The notes beneath the pieces are model-generated. The model saw only the letters and a program-made list of their open reading frames with translations, searched no databases and was not told the DNA's origin. A stretch of 64,000 nucleotides of DNA from an uncultured Candidatus Saccharibacteria bacterium (GTDB lineage Bacteria; Patescibacteriota; Dojkabacteria; J137): NCBI GenBank assembly GCA_964437465.1, contig CAYTGI010000003.1, positions 5,731 to 69,730 of the forward strand. Direction: 5' to 3'. A program made the translations under genes and the position numbers. Below, in pieces: positions 20,048-29,178 of the stretch. How positions within the stretch are numbered: the stretch's first letter is position 1; each line of letters begins with the position of its first letter.

Positions 20048-21211
20048 ATGAAAAGAAAAATTATCATTACAGGGGGACATTCAACACCTGCTTTCGCAGT
20101 TTTAAATGAGCTACAAAGACATAGTGATTTGAAGGTTGTATGGGTGGGAGAAAAGTTTAATCAGTTGGGAAATAAAAATCCTTCTGCTGAATACACAACC
20201 GTTAAAGAAAAGTATAAAATCCGATTTATTAATCTTAAGTCAGGGAAATTAGTTAGAAAGTGGAATGCAGAAAATGCTGCTCATGGCCTATTCCAGTTAT
20301 TTAGACTTGTCGTTGGAAGCCTAAAAGCTTTATGTATAATTTTAACAGTTCGGCCAAGATTAATTTTATCTTTTGGAGGGTTTACAGCAGTCCCAATAGT
20401 GTTTTGGGCACATTTCTTTGGAATTAGAGTTATTACCCATGAACAAACCTTAGTTCCAGGCCTTGCAAATAAAATTATTGCAAAGTACGCAGATAAAATT
20501 CTTTTAAGTTGGTCAAGAGCTGCTCACGGTTTTCCAGAAAAAAAACTAATTCTAACTGGAAATCCCATTAGAGAAGAAGTTTTCCAAATTCAGTCAAATA
20601 TAACTGCAAACTTTGATGAGAATTTGCCCATTATCTACATTACTGGAGGAAACCAAGGGGCTCATGAAATCAACTCAAGAGTTTTTGCAATAATTAAAGA
20701 CCTTCTAGATATCGCTAATGTTATTCACCAGACAGGAAATTCAACTGTCACAAAGGACTATGAGAAAGCATTAGGGATTTGGGAAGAATTAGAAGATTAT
20801 AAAAAAGCAAGATATATTGTAAGATCCTACATGGGACCAGAAGTAATTGGTGAAGTTATGAATAGATCTGATCTAATAGTTTCCAGAGCTGGGGCAAATA
20901 CAATTACAGAGATCTTAGCTCTAGGTAAACATAGCATCTTAATTCCAATTCCATGGTCTTCTGGAAATGAACAAGAGGAGAATGCACAGTTAGTTGCTGA
21001 CGTAGGCCTTGCTTTAAGACTTACACAAAATGAAGAACTTGAGCCGATGGATTTGTATAATGCTATTGTTGATGGTTTAGATAGAGTTGAGAGAGGACTT
21101 GGTTTTAGAGGTAGAGATATGAAAAAGGTAAAAGAAGATGCTTCAAGCTTGGTTAAGCTAGATGCGGCTGATCTAGTGACTCAGGTCGTTCTAAAGATGG
21201 CTTACTCTTAA
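20048..21211 (+). CDS. murG: MurG-like undecaprenyldiphospho-muramoylpentapeptide beta-N-acetylglucosaminyltransferase
   Basis: G-loop IIITGGHSTPAFAV, and HEQTLVPGLANK and SRAGANTITEILALGKHSILIPIP segments collinear with E. coli MurG. Confidence 0.7.
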   Translation: MKRKIIITGGHSTPAFAVLNELQRHSDLKVVWVGEKFNQLGNKNPSAEYTTVKEKYKIRFINLKSGKLVRKWNAENAAHGLFQLFRLVVGSLKALCIILTVRPRLILSFGGFTAVPIVFWAHFFGIRVITHEQTLVPGLANKIIAKYADKILLSWSRAAHGFPEKKLILTGNPIREEVFQIQSNITANFDENLPIIYITGGNQGAHEINSRVFAIIKDLLDIANVIHQTGNSTVTKDYEKALGIWEELEDYKKARYIVRSYMGPEVIGEVMNRSDLIVSRAGANTITEILALGKHSILIPIPWSSGNEQEENAQLVADVGLALRLTQNEELEPMDLYNAIVDGLDRVERGLGFRGRDMKKVKEDASSLVKLDAADLVTQVVLKMAYS

Positions 21212-22277
21212 ATTTTTTAATCAAGTAATATTGAAACATAAGAATTACACAAATTGCTAAAACTATATAGTTCAGCAATAAGAAAGGATTTAAGATGCCG
21301 TCTACTAATGTTCCAAGAGCATTTTGAAAGTTATCTCTAAATTCATTATTTATAAAATTAAACTCATTTTCAGGCAGGTTTAATACGAAATTCTGTAAGA
21401 TAAGCACAATTATTACTGTTAATCCAGTCTGAATTAATACAGCCCTACCCAGTATCTTTAAAGATCTACTTAGATCTTTTCGATTATTTATAATAAACAT
21501 AACTACTAACAGTACTAAGAAAAGCAATAGATAATTTAAAACAACTTCAGTCGATCGATAAGCATCTTGTAGAAATACTAATGATCTAGAAATGTTAGAT
21601 ATTAATTCAGGATTTGTATCAAAAGCTATTAATAGTTCTCCTATTTTTGAATTATTTTGAATATTTAAAACCGAGTTAGAAATATCTGTATAATCAAGAG
21701 ATTGGATTTCTGAATCAATTCCTTCAGGAAGACAATCTAAAGTTGTCGGTACTCCATTGGATAAATTAACTTGTATTTCAAATTGTCTTTCATTTGAGCA
21801 GATAGGAAACTCAGCAACTTTGTTACCTAGATCTCTTTGTAAGTTAGGTACTGTGTTATCAATTCTTTCAGCAATTTTTTCTGAGGGGAAGAAGATTAGG
21901 AAATCAGCAGCTTCGAATTTTACATATTCAATTAACCTATCGATATTAGTATCTACAATCTCTTGGGTTAGGGCAGGATCAAGAAAACTAATTATGCCTT
22001 CTTGAACTATAGGTAGAAATTCTGAAGTTATTGGAGATACATCAACTAACTCACTATTTCCTCCAGCAAGACTAGAGGAAATTAATCTTTCAATCTCTTC
22101 GCTATTTTCTTCTCCAATATATTCTGGAATATCAGAATAAAGTCCACTCTCTTCTATAGTGTTTTTATATAAATCTCCATCTCTTAGGGCATAAAATAAA
22201 CCTGCTAGGGGTGTCAGAGTACTAAGCAATAACAAAATTATTGAAATTAGAAAGCCGTTAACGATTTTCTTCATCAC
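21153..22277 (-). CDS. Hypothetical membrane protein
   Basis: N-terminal transmembrane segment plus about three C-terminal transmembrane helices. Convergent with murG, overlapping it by 59 bp. Confidence 0.35.
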   Translation of the reverse strand: MMKKIVNGFLISIILLLLSTLTPLAGLFYALRDGDLYKNTIEESGLYSDIPEYIGEENSEEIERLISSSLAGGNSELVDVSPITSEFLPIVQEGIISFLDPALTQEIVDTNIDRLIEYVKFEAADFLIFFPSEKIAERIDNTVPNLQRDLGNKVAEFPICSNERQFEIQVNLSNGVPTTLDCLPEGIDSEIQSLDYTDISNSVLNIQNNSKIGELLIAFDTNPELISNISRSLVFLQDAYRSTEVVLNYLLLFLVLLVVMFIINNRKDLSRSLKILGRAVLIQTGLTVIIVLILQNFVLNLPENEFNFINNEFRDNFQNALGTLVDGILNPFLLLNYIVLAICVILMFQYYLIKKFKSKPSLERPESLDQPHLA

Positions 22278-22323
22278 TCTGATTATATTGAAATTAATAT
22301 CGATTTGAAAGCATTAATCTCAT

Positions 22324-23688
22324 TTATACATAATAAAACTTAGACTTCTTGAAATCATTTAAAATCTCTTCTTTATCATAAGGGCTTACAAACCATATTC
22401 TTGGTTTACTTTTGTTTAAAAACTTTTGAATAAATAGCTTTAATTCTTCTATCTGAAGTTCTTTCAATGCTTTATTCCCTTTTTTATAGTCATAATACAT
22501 GTAAGGTGAATTATCTAATGCTTCTACACCAAATCTTTCTGCATAATCATCAATAATAACTTCGTTACTTCTAAATATATGGTTGCTAATTATATTATTA
22601 AACCATGTTTTTCCATACTCGCTGTTAAAAAAATCTTCTACTCTGTTATAAATTGCATCGTAAGATGCATTTAATGTCTTTATTAAATTATCTCTATCAC
22701 AGGTAAACTTAAATCCTCTAATTTTTTGATCTATGCCAAATGTTACATCATATGTGTCTGCGCCGTAAATAAGCTGTTGTTCTTCTCTTAGAAATTGGTG
22801 ATTAATCTGCCAAAAGAACGAATTCAGTAGTATTGTCATTTTATTTTCTTTATATTCTATCTCTTCTGGGAGTGAATAATAGAAGCCAATTGAAATAAAA
22901 ACTCCACTCATGTTTTCTTCTTTAAAATGGTCGTAATCAAATTCTTGTTCAACATTAACTTTGTTTATTCTATGTTTTCTTCCTGATTTTTTTATATTAG
23001 AATATCTTTCTACTAGCTTTAATTCCTGTTCATCTAGTATTGTGGGTGACTGAATAGTCAGAATTAGATTTTCACTAGATATTATTGCGTTCTTATATTT
23101 TATTAAATCATTAACAGAAATTTTTTTAATACTGTCTTTTGTTCCGATTACTCTTTCTCCTCTATAAGAATAATACTTGCTAATGAATTTTCGTTCGTAC
23201 TGTAAATCTGGATCTCTATCTTCTTTATTATATCTTTCCAGTTCACCTAAAATTATCCCTCTTTCTTTTTCTATATAGTCTTGAATTTTACTGTCAGGAA
23301 AATTAATTATTCCCCAGAAATATCTTAAAATTCTTTTGGATGCTTTTTTATTACCATTCCCGTAGAAATATATGTATTTGAAAGATGTTGAGGCGTTAGC
23401 GCTAAAACCAGCTCTGTATTTAGTTCCAAACACAAAACCATCAAACTTATCTTTATCTGGAATATAGTCATTAGGATTACCGAACATTACATGTTCAAGA
23501 AAGTGCGCTGTACCATGAGGTACTCCAATTTCAGTTTCAAAAGCACTACCACCAGCGCATACAATTGAGAAATTAAATTCTATACTTTTAGGATTTATTG
23601 AATGTATTAATTCAAGACCATTCTTAAACACATATCTCCTGTTTTCTACTTTGAGGTTAAAGTCTTTCCACTTTTTTATTAGTTTCAT
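22324..23688 (-). CDS. M16-family (insulinase-like) metallopeptidase
   Basis: Inverted zinc motif HFLEHVMF (HxxEH) near the N-terminus. Two-domain size (454 aa). Confidence 0.6.
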   Translation of the reverse strand: MKLIKKWKDFNLKVENRRYVFKNGLELIHSINPKSIEFNFSIVCAGGSAFETEIGVPHGTAHFLEHVMFGNPNDYIPDKDKFDGFVFGTKYRAGFSANASTSFKYIYFYGNGNKKASKRILRYFWGIINFPDSKIQDYIEKERGIILGELERYNKEDRDPDLQYERKFISKYYSYRGERVIGTKDSIKKISVNDLIKYKNAIISSENLILTIQSPTILDEQELKLVERYSNIKKSGRKHRINKVNVEQEFDYDHFKEENMSGVFISIGFYYSLPEEIEYKENKMTILLNSFFWQINHQFLREEQQLIYGADTYDVTFGIDQKIRGFKFTCDRDNLIKTLNASYDAIYNRVEDFFNSEYGKTWFNNIISNHIFRSNEVIIDDYAERFGVEALDNSPYMYYDYKKGNKALKELQIEELKLFIQKFLNKSKPRIWFVSPYDKEEILNDFKKSKFYYV

Positions 23689-23732
23689 ATTTTTGATGAT
23701 ACCATGAAAAAGAGATACACTAACAAATCTAC

Positions 23733-25706
23733 TTACTCTACACTAGTATCTCTAAACTCACCGAGTTTAGCGAGATCGTCCGGATTTGTAGTTATTAGAT
23801 TATGTTCATTTTCACTTGCAACAACCTGAATAGCAACATGGTTAGCGCCCGCAAAGAAAATACCCTGACCTATTCCTGCTGAAAGTAAGAAAGACTTTTC
23901 TCCTTCAGTTAAATAGAAAACTTTTTGAAGTTTGTCTATCGCAGCTGGAGCCTGTTTTAAAAGAATCTGCATTGAAGCATTATTAACAATCGCCTTACCA
24001 TAATCTGAACTTAAGAAGTCATCTACGTCTTGTGTAATTGTAGTAAGACCTAATCCATATTTCCTAGCCCTTTTAGCGATTTGATATACAAAATAGGCAG
24101 CATCTTCATACTGCATCATAATCCATGCCTCGTCTATAATTAATAACCTCTTTCTTTTATCTTTCTTGATCTTAGTCCATATAAAATCAAGCATTGAGTA
24201 CATCGCCATAGGTCTTAGATCAGGGGTTAAGTCTCTAATACTAAAAGCTGTAAAAGTATTATGGATATCGATGGTAGATTTTTGATCAAAAACACCAGCT
24301 GCACTACCTTTAATGTACCTTTCAAGCCTTCTAGCCATCGAATGAGCTTCTTCTTCAGCCATTGCGTTAAGAACCTTATATAGATCTTCTAGTAGAGGAG
24401 GTTCATTAGCATGAGTAGATTTATCAGGGGTAATTCCTTTCTCAGAATAAGTAAGAATTATAGCTCTATCTAAAATAGCTGCTTCCTCTCCTGTAAGTTG
24501 GCCTCCTAGCATTATTCTAATAAGTCCCGAAACAGATCTAATCTTAAATCTTAATTCATCCTCATCTTGATCGTAGAGTCCTGATAACTCAAAAGGGTTA
24601 AGTTTTTGTTCTCCGTCCTGAGAAAACGATATGTATTCACCTCCAACAGCCTGACATAACCTATCGAACTCTTTTTCAGGGTCAATAATTATTATATCAA
24701 CACCAAGCATTAAAGATCTAACTGCCTCAAGCTTAACTGTGTAAGATTTACCAGAACCAGATGCAGCCAAAACAACTGAGTTTGCATTCGGCAAAGAAAA
24801 TCTATCAAAAATCACTAAAGAGTTATTGTGTAGATTAATTCCATATAGAACTCCTTTTTCCATTGTTAGCTCACTAGAGACAAATGGGAATGTACTTGCA
24901 ATAGCTGTCGTATCCAAGTTTCTAGTCATATTTATTTTATCCAAACCATACGGAATAGTTGTTTGGAAACATTCTTCCTGTTGTAAGGTTGCAACTTTTA
25001 TAATTAATCCAATTGTTGCTGCTGTCGATTCAAGATTTTTTGCAACTTGGTCTAGCTCATCCAATGTATCTGCGTGAATTGTTAAATACATTCCGTACTG
25101 GAAGAACTTCTCATTTCCAGCTGCTAGTTGTTGTTGTAAGTTAAGTGCGTCCTGCAGTTTTTGTTTAATTATTGGATCTCCTTGTTGACCAGCTTTGATT
25201 TCTAGGTTAATAGTAGCTTGAAATTCAGCAATTCTTCTTTTTAAAAGTTTAAGCATTTCAGTTGTATCTTTTGGATAGTAGAAAGTACTTATATCAATTG
25301 GATATTCAAAATTAATTAGTGGTTCTAGCCAATTAGGATTAACAATACTTGGATAATCTACCACGAAGTATGATCTAAAATATCTACTACCTATAACAAT
25401 ATTACTAAAGTTAACTTCAATAGCTGAAGGAGCAATTATATCCTTTACATCAATTAGACCACTAGCAAAATCTTGGATAGCTTTTTGTTCTTTTGATAAA
25501 GCTTGAGCCTCTTTGGAATTTACAGGTTGCTTACTCCTTTTTCCTGTAGAAAATTTTCTTCTTTGGTTATTAATTTTTTGACTTTGAAGTTGTGGATTTG
25601 CCCCTCTTTGAACTACCTGCATCCTTTGAGGTAACTGAGATTGTTGAGTATTACCTACCACTTCCTTTCCATTCTTTTTTGTCTTAAATATGTCAAAAAT
25701 TCCCAT
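23733..25706 (-). CDS. VirB4/TraC-family type IV secretion/conjugation-like ATPase
   Basis: Walker A VVLAASGSGKSY and Walker B LLIIDEAWIMM. N-terminal VirB4-like domain preceded by a Q-rich low-complexity segment. Confidence 0.6.
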   Translation of the reverse strand: MGIFDIFKTKKNGKEVVGNTQQSQLPQRMQVVQRGANPQLQSQKINNQRRKFSTGKRSKQPVNSKEAQALSKEQKAIQDFASGLIDVKDIIAPSAIEVNFSNIVIGSRYFRSYFVVDYPSIVNPNWLEPLINFEYPIDISTFYYPKDTTEMLKLLKRRIAEFQATINLEIKAGQQGDPIIKQKLQDALNLQQQLAAGNEKFFQYGMYLTIHADTLDELDQVAKNLESTAATIGLIIKVATLQQEECFQTTIPYGLDKINMTRNLDTTAIASTFPFVSSELTMEKGVLYGINLHNNSLVIFDRFSLPNANSVVLAASGSGKSYTVKLEAVRSLMLGVDIIIIDPEKEFDRLCQAVGGEYISFSQDGEQKLNPFELSGLYDQDEDELRFKIRSVSGLIRIMLGGQLTGEEAAILDRAIILTYSEKGITPDKSTHANEPPLLEDLYKVLNAMAEEEAHSMARRLERYIKGSAAGVFDQKSTIDIHNTFTAFSIRDLTPDLRPMAMYSMLDFIWTKIKKDKRKRLLIIDEAWIMMQYEDAAYFVYQIAKRARKYGLGLTTITQDVDDFLSSDYGKAIVNNASMQILLKQAPAAIDKLQKVFYLTEGEKSFLLSAGIGQGIFFAGANHVAIQVVASENEHNLITTNPDDLAKLGEFRDTSVE

Positions 25707-25708
25707 TT

Positions 25709-26380
25709 TTAAATACTTATAATTCCTCTTTCAATATCTTGTTCTCTAAGGTTTAGTATTTCAAGTCCAGTTTGATCTGGCTCATACATAGAGTAATAAA
25801 GCTTAATTAGTTCATCATTTTGTAGTTGTCTAGCAGCTATTCCTAGATTACCAAACTGTTTAAGAATATGATCTCTTTTGGGAAATAGTTCTTCTTTTGC
25901 TTTAACAACTAGTTCTGAAATATTTACAATTTTCTTCTCTTTTCCCAGTAGCTGTCTCATCCATCCTGTTGTTATGATTGGAAGCCTATTCGTAGGTATT
26001 ATTGCATAAAAACGTTTATCTAAAACTTGAGTTGACTGAGTCAAGTTAGTTATAAAGTCCTGATATATAGATACTTGATTAATTATCGCATCACTTGTAA
26101 TTCGCATTTTGTACTTATCTAGTAATTTAAGATATTTTGCAATGTCAGTTCTTTGAGTTCTAATTACAATTTGAATTGGGAAGGTAATTGAATTTAAAAA
26201 TGCTGCAAAAGAACCAATCCTAGCATCCTGTTCTTTTCCATCCAAAAGATCAAAGTTTAAGGAGGTTGTCTCTATTACAACAGAAACTTTACCGTTTTTT
26301 AGAACAACTAAATCATCTCTTATATCTTCTACATCAAGGTGTTGTTGTGTACTTACTTTTTTTGGATCAAATATTCCCAT
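25709..26380 (-). CDS. Hypothetical protein, possibly a stand-alone VirB4 N-terminal-domain-like paralog
   Basis: 223 aa, immediately upstream of and co-directional with the VirB4-like gene. Shares the N-terminal MGIFD start and resembles VirB4 N-domain texture. Weak. Confidence 0.3.
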   Translation of the reverse strand: MGIFDPKKVSTQQHLDVEDIRDDLVVLKNGKVSVVIETTSLNFDLLDGKEQDARIGSFAAFLNSITFPIQIVIRTQRTDIAKYLKLLDKYKMRITSDAIINQVSIYQDFITNLTQSTQVLDKRFYAIIPTNRLPIITTGWMRQLLGKEKKIVNISELVVKAKEELFPKRDHILKQFGNLGIAARQLQNDELIKLYYSMYEPDQTGLEILNLREQDIERGIISI

Positions 26381-26518
26381 AGTTTTAGATATTTTGCCTA
26401 TACTATCTTACAAGGTAGGGATAAGAGAATCAATTTTTAGTATATATGTGTCTCTAAATTGATTATGTTTTATATCTACTAGCTAGTTTCTTCAACTAGC
26501 AAAATAAAGAATAAGTAA

Positions 26519-26775
26519 CATGTGGGGTTTGCCTGCCGGCAGGCAGAGGGAGAATTCTCCTTGTTAAGCGTGCCTCAAAGAGTAACTGAGAGATAGGCTG
26601 GAATTCTTCCCAAAACTTTTTGGTACTTTTTAGTTATAAAAAGTACAGGGATAAGAAAAAGTTTATATACATACTTTTATGACTAAAAGTATGCAAAAGT
26701 CCTGGGGGCTTAGCAAGTCTAACTTACTCGCACGGTTGACTGCTAAGACCCCCAGACCCCAACTTCTCGTAAGTT
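26519..26775. repeat. Copy B of the ~260-bp palindrome-rich repeat element (inverted relative to copy A)
   Basis: Reverse complement aligns along its full length with 10089-10348, with about 12 mismatches or indels. Confidence 0.85.
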
Positions 26776-26872
26776 TGTTATTGCTACTTTATTAGATATA
26801 AAACTAATTATTTTGTATACTCATTCAGTTTTAAGGTGACTTTGGGTCGCTTTGTTGCTATAATATGGTGTC

Positions 26873-27241
26873 ATGAGTATATTCGAGATTTTTAGAAAAA
26901 CAGAATCAGGTTCAAGTGAAGTGGGAAGCTTTGAGTGCGGTAGCGATTCCCTTACTAAAGCGTTTATTGATCTAACTTCTATGGTTGGGCTTTCTAATCC
27001 AAATTCGCTAGTTTCAACCTCACCTAAAGGTGTCTCAATAAGCAAGAAAGGAGATAAGTATATTATTAAGTTACTTATGTTTGATCCTCCTGTAGAACTT
27101 GAATGGAGCGATCTTACTCCATTGAACAAGCTATTTAATACTCTTAATTCAATTTCAGAAGAAGAAAGAGAGGTTGGGAGTGTTAGCTTTAAAAAACTAA
27201 ATACTGGGCATAAATTCTTTCAAATAGCTTTAGCTAAATAG
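26873..27241 (+). CDS. Hypothetical protein
   Basis: 122-aa ORF (MSIFEIFRK...). Preferred over the overlapping antisense ORF only on composition. Confidence 0.3.
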   Translation: MSIFEIFRKTESGSSEVGSFECGSDSLTKAFIDLTSMVGLSNPNSLVSTSPKGVSISKKGDKYIIKLLMFDPPVELEWSDLTPLNKLFNTLNSISEEEREVGSVSFKKLNTGHKFFQIALAK

Positions 27242-28442
27242 TTTTCTCTATTATTGCTACACTCTCTAAATGATAAGTATGTGGGAACATATCAAACCCA
27301 TTGATTTTCTTAATTTTGTACCCATGATTTTCTAATTCTTTAATATCCCTAGCTTGTGTTACAGGGTTGCACGAAATATAAACTATCTTTTTAGGATCAA
27401 AACTTAATACATTGTTTATCCCATTTTGTTCTAATCCAATTCTAGGTGGATCGACAATTAAAATTTGTTCTTTATGAACCTCTTCAATTAAGTCATTAGA
27501 ATTTAGGTCTTTCTGTATCATTGAATAGTTATAGGCTTTATTCAAATCAATGTTTTGTTTCGAGTATTTGATATTTTCAGAATCAATCTCATAACCAAAT
27601 ACTTTTTTAAACTGTTTTGAAAAAATAATACCAATAGTGCCAACACCTGCATAAAGGTCAATGAGATATTCACTATTCTTTTCTTTTAGCTCTTGAGTTA
27701 TGTAATCAATAATTTTTTCAAAGGTTTTTAGGTTATTCTGAAAAAAAGTGTTAACTCCTACATCAAATACAGAATCCTTAACTTTTACTCTTATATATTC
27801 TTTTCTTAAACTCTTAACAACATCTCCTTCAGATAGGTCAGTTAGTTTGGGTTGTTTAACTAAATTTATAGAACTAAATCCAAGTTCTTCTGCTTCCTTT
27901 AAAATATTTTTGTACTTTTCTGTGTTACCCTCTTTCGATACAAAAGAAATCATACTCTCATTTCCTTGAGCTTTTACAACAATGTATCTTAGATCTCCAG
28001 TGTGTTTTACTAAATCATATATCTCTATTCCTTCCGAGATTGCTAATTCAAAAAGTAGTCTTGCTTTTAAAAACCATTCTTTTTTAAAAAGTACTGGTTC
28101 CGACATATCAACAACCCAGTTGAATCTACCCGCTTTACGTTGTCCAAAACGATTATTTGGTTCATGAAATGGGTTATAACTACAAACATAATCCATTCTA
28201 AATCTATATTCATGGATAATATCTGATTTAGTAATGTTAATTTTATATTTGTTATTAAAAATTATATTTAATGCTTGGTTTTTAATAAATATTTGATCTT
28301 CATAATTTAAGTCTTCTAAAGGAATTGAACCTATTTGGCCAAAATAAAGAGAAGGTTGATCTTTTACTTTACCCTCTCTTCTAAGTTTATTTGCTGATTC
28401 TACTAAGAATTTTTTATAAGTTTTATTAGAATCTATTATCAT
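27234..28442 (-). CDS. RlmD/TrmA-family RNA (uracil-5-)-methyltransferase
   Basis: SAM motif DLYAGVGTIGI and motifs VDPPRIG, ISCNPVTQARD, DMFPHTYHLE collinear with RumA/TrmA. Confidence 0.72.
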   Translation of the reverse strand: MIIDSNKTYKKFLVESANKLRREGKVKDQPSLYFGQIGSIPLEDLNYEDQIFIKNQALNIIFNNKYKINITKSDIIHEYRFRMDYVCSYNPFHEPNNRFGQRKAGRFNWVVDMSEPVLFKKEWFLKARLLFELAISEGIEIYDLVKHTGDLRYIVVKAQGNESMISFVSKEGNTEKYKNILKEAEELGFSSINLVKQPKLTDLSEGDVVKSLRKEYIRVKVKDSVFDVGVNTFFQNNLKTFEKIIDYITQELKEKNSEYLIDLYAGVGTIGIIFSKQFKKVFGYEIDSENIKYSKQNIDLNKAYNYSMIQKDLNSNDLIEEVHKEQILIVDPPRIGLEQNGINNVLSFDPKKIVYISCNPVTQARDIKELENHGYKIKKINGFDMFPHTYHLESVAIIEKTI

Positions 28443-29122
28443 TACTTCAATTCTCCCACGTAGTATCTTTCTAATTGATCAAGAGCAGTTTGCAGCGAAC
28501 CGTGCTGATTATTAAAGATTACACTAGCATCAATCCCACACATACTTGCAATCTGCTCGTAACCTCCTGGATGAGTATTCGCCCAGCTTTCAGGGATATC
28601 GTAGACTTTGTCATCAACAACAGTAAGGCATCTTATAGACAAGTCATCTGCCTCATTAACTTCTGATATTGAAAAAGTCTGTAGAGTTGGCTCTAAGGAC
28701 ATAGATTCAGTCATATCAACAGTACCTACTAAGTAATCATTTAACTGACTTATTGCATTCTGACTATCTCCATGAACGTTATTAAAAGCACTTGAAGCAT
28801 CTATACCACACATGTCTGCAATTTGATCATATCCACCTGGATGGATATTTGCGTAACTTTCTGGAATTCTATAAACATTGTTATTAACAATAGTTAAGCA
28901 CTCAGTTTCTAAGTTATCGGCCTCTTCAATCTCATCAAGTGTAAATGCAGCTACAATTTCATTTTCTTGTTCGTTTTGGATTAGTTCAGCTGGGGGTGTA
29001 TCTTGTGTTTTAATTGGATCCTCTTCGGAGTTTTCTTTAAGAAGAGTAAATCCAAGGTATATTATTAGAATTAAAATAATTGCCCCTAATACAGGGTAGA
29101 CCAGTTTATATACAAAGTTCAT
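28442..29122 (-). CDS. Membrane-anchored protein with two tandem cytochrome b5-like heme-binding domains
   Basis: N-terminal transmembrane segment. Two ~70-aa repeats, each with a b5 signature (VYRIPESYANIHPGGYDQI...VHG and VYDIPESWANTHPGGYEQI...QHG). Confidence 0.5.
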   Translation of the reverse strand: MNFVYKLVYPVLGAIILILIIYLGFTLLKENSEEDPIKTQDTPPAELIQNEQENEIVAAFTLDEIEEADNLETECLTIVNNNVYRIPESYANIHPGGYDQIADMCGIDASSAFNNVHGDSQNAISQLNDYLVGTVDMTESMSLEPTLQTFSISEVNEADDLSIRCLTVVDDKVYDIPESWANTHPGGYEQIASMCGIDASVIFNNQHGSLQTALDQLERYYVGELK

Positions 29123-29178
29123 GAGAAAAATTTAAAAAGTACTAATGAAGTTTATAGAAAGAATTAAGCTCAATCAAA

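Noticed and set aside
10349-26518. 16-kb repeat-bounded segment as an integrative conjugative element or genomic island (because of the VirB4-like ATPase)
   Set aside because: The content is dominated by essential core genes (PBP1A, murG, tRNA-Gly, two-component system). It carries no integrase, relaxase or coupling protein. The repeats are inverted, not direct.
26821-27129. Minus-strand 102-aa ORF overlapping the 26873-27241 plus-strand ORF
   Set aside because: It overlaps a plus-strand ORF with a more protein-like composition and a sensible start. The two cannot both be real, and neither is strongly supported.
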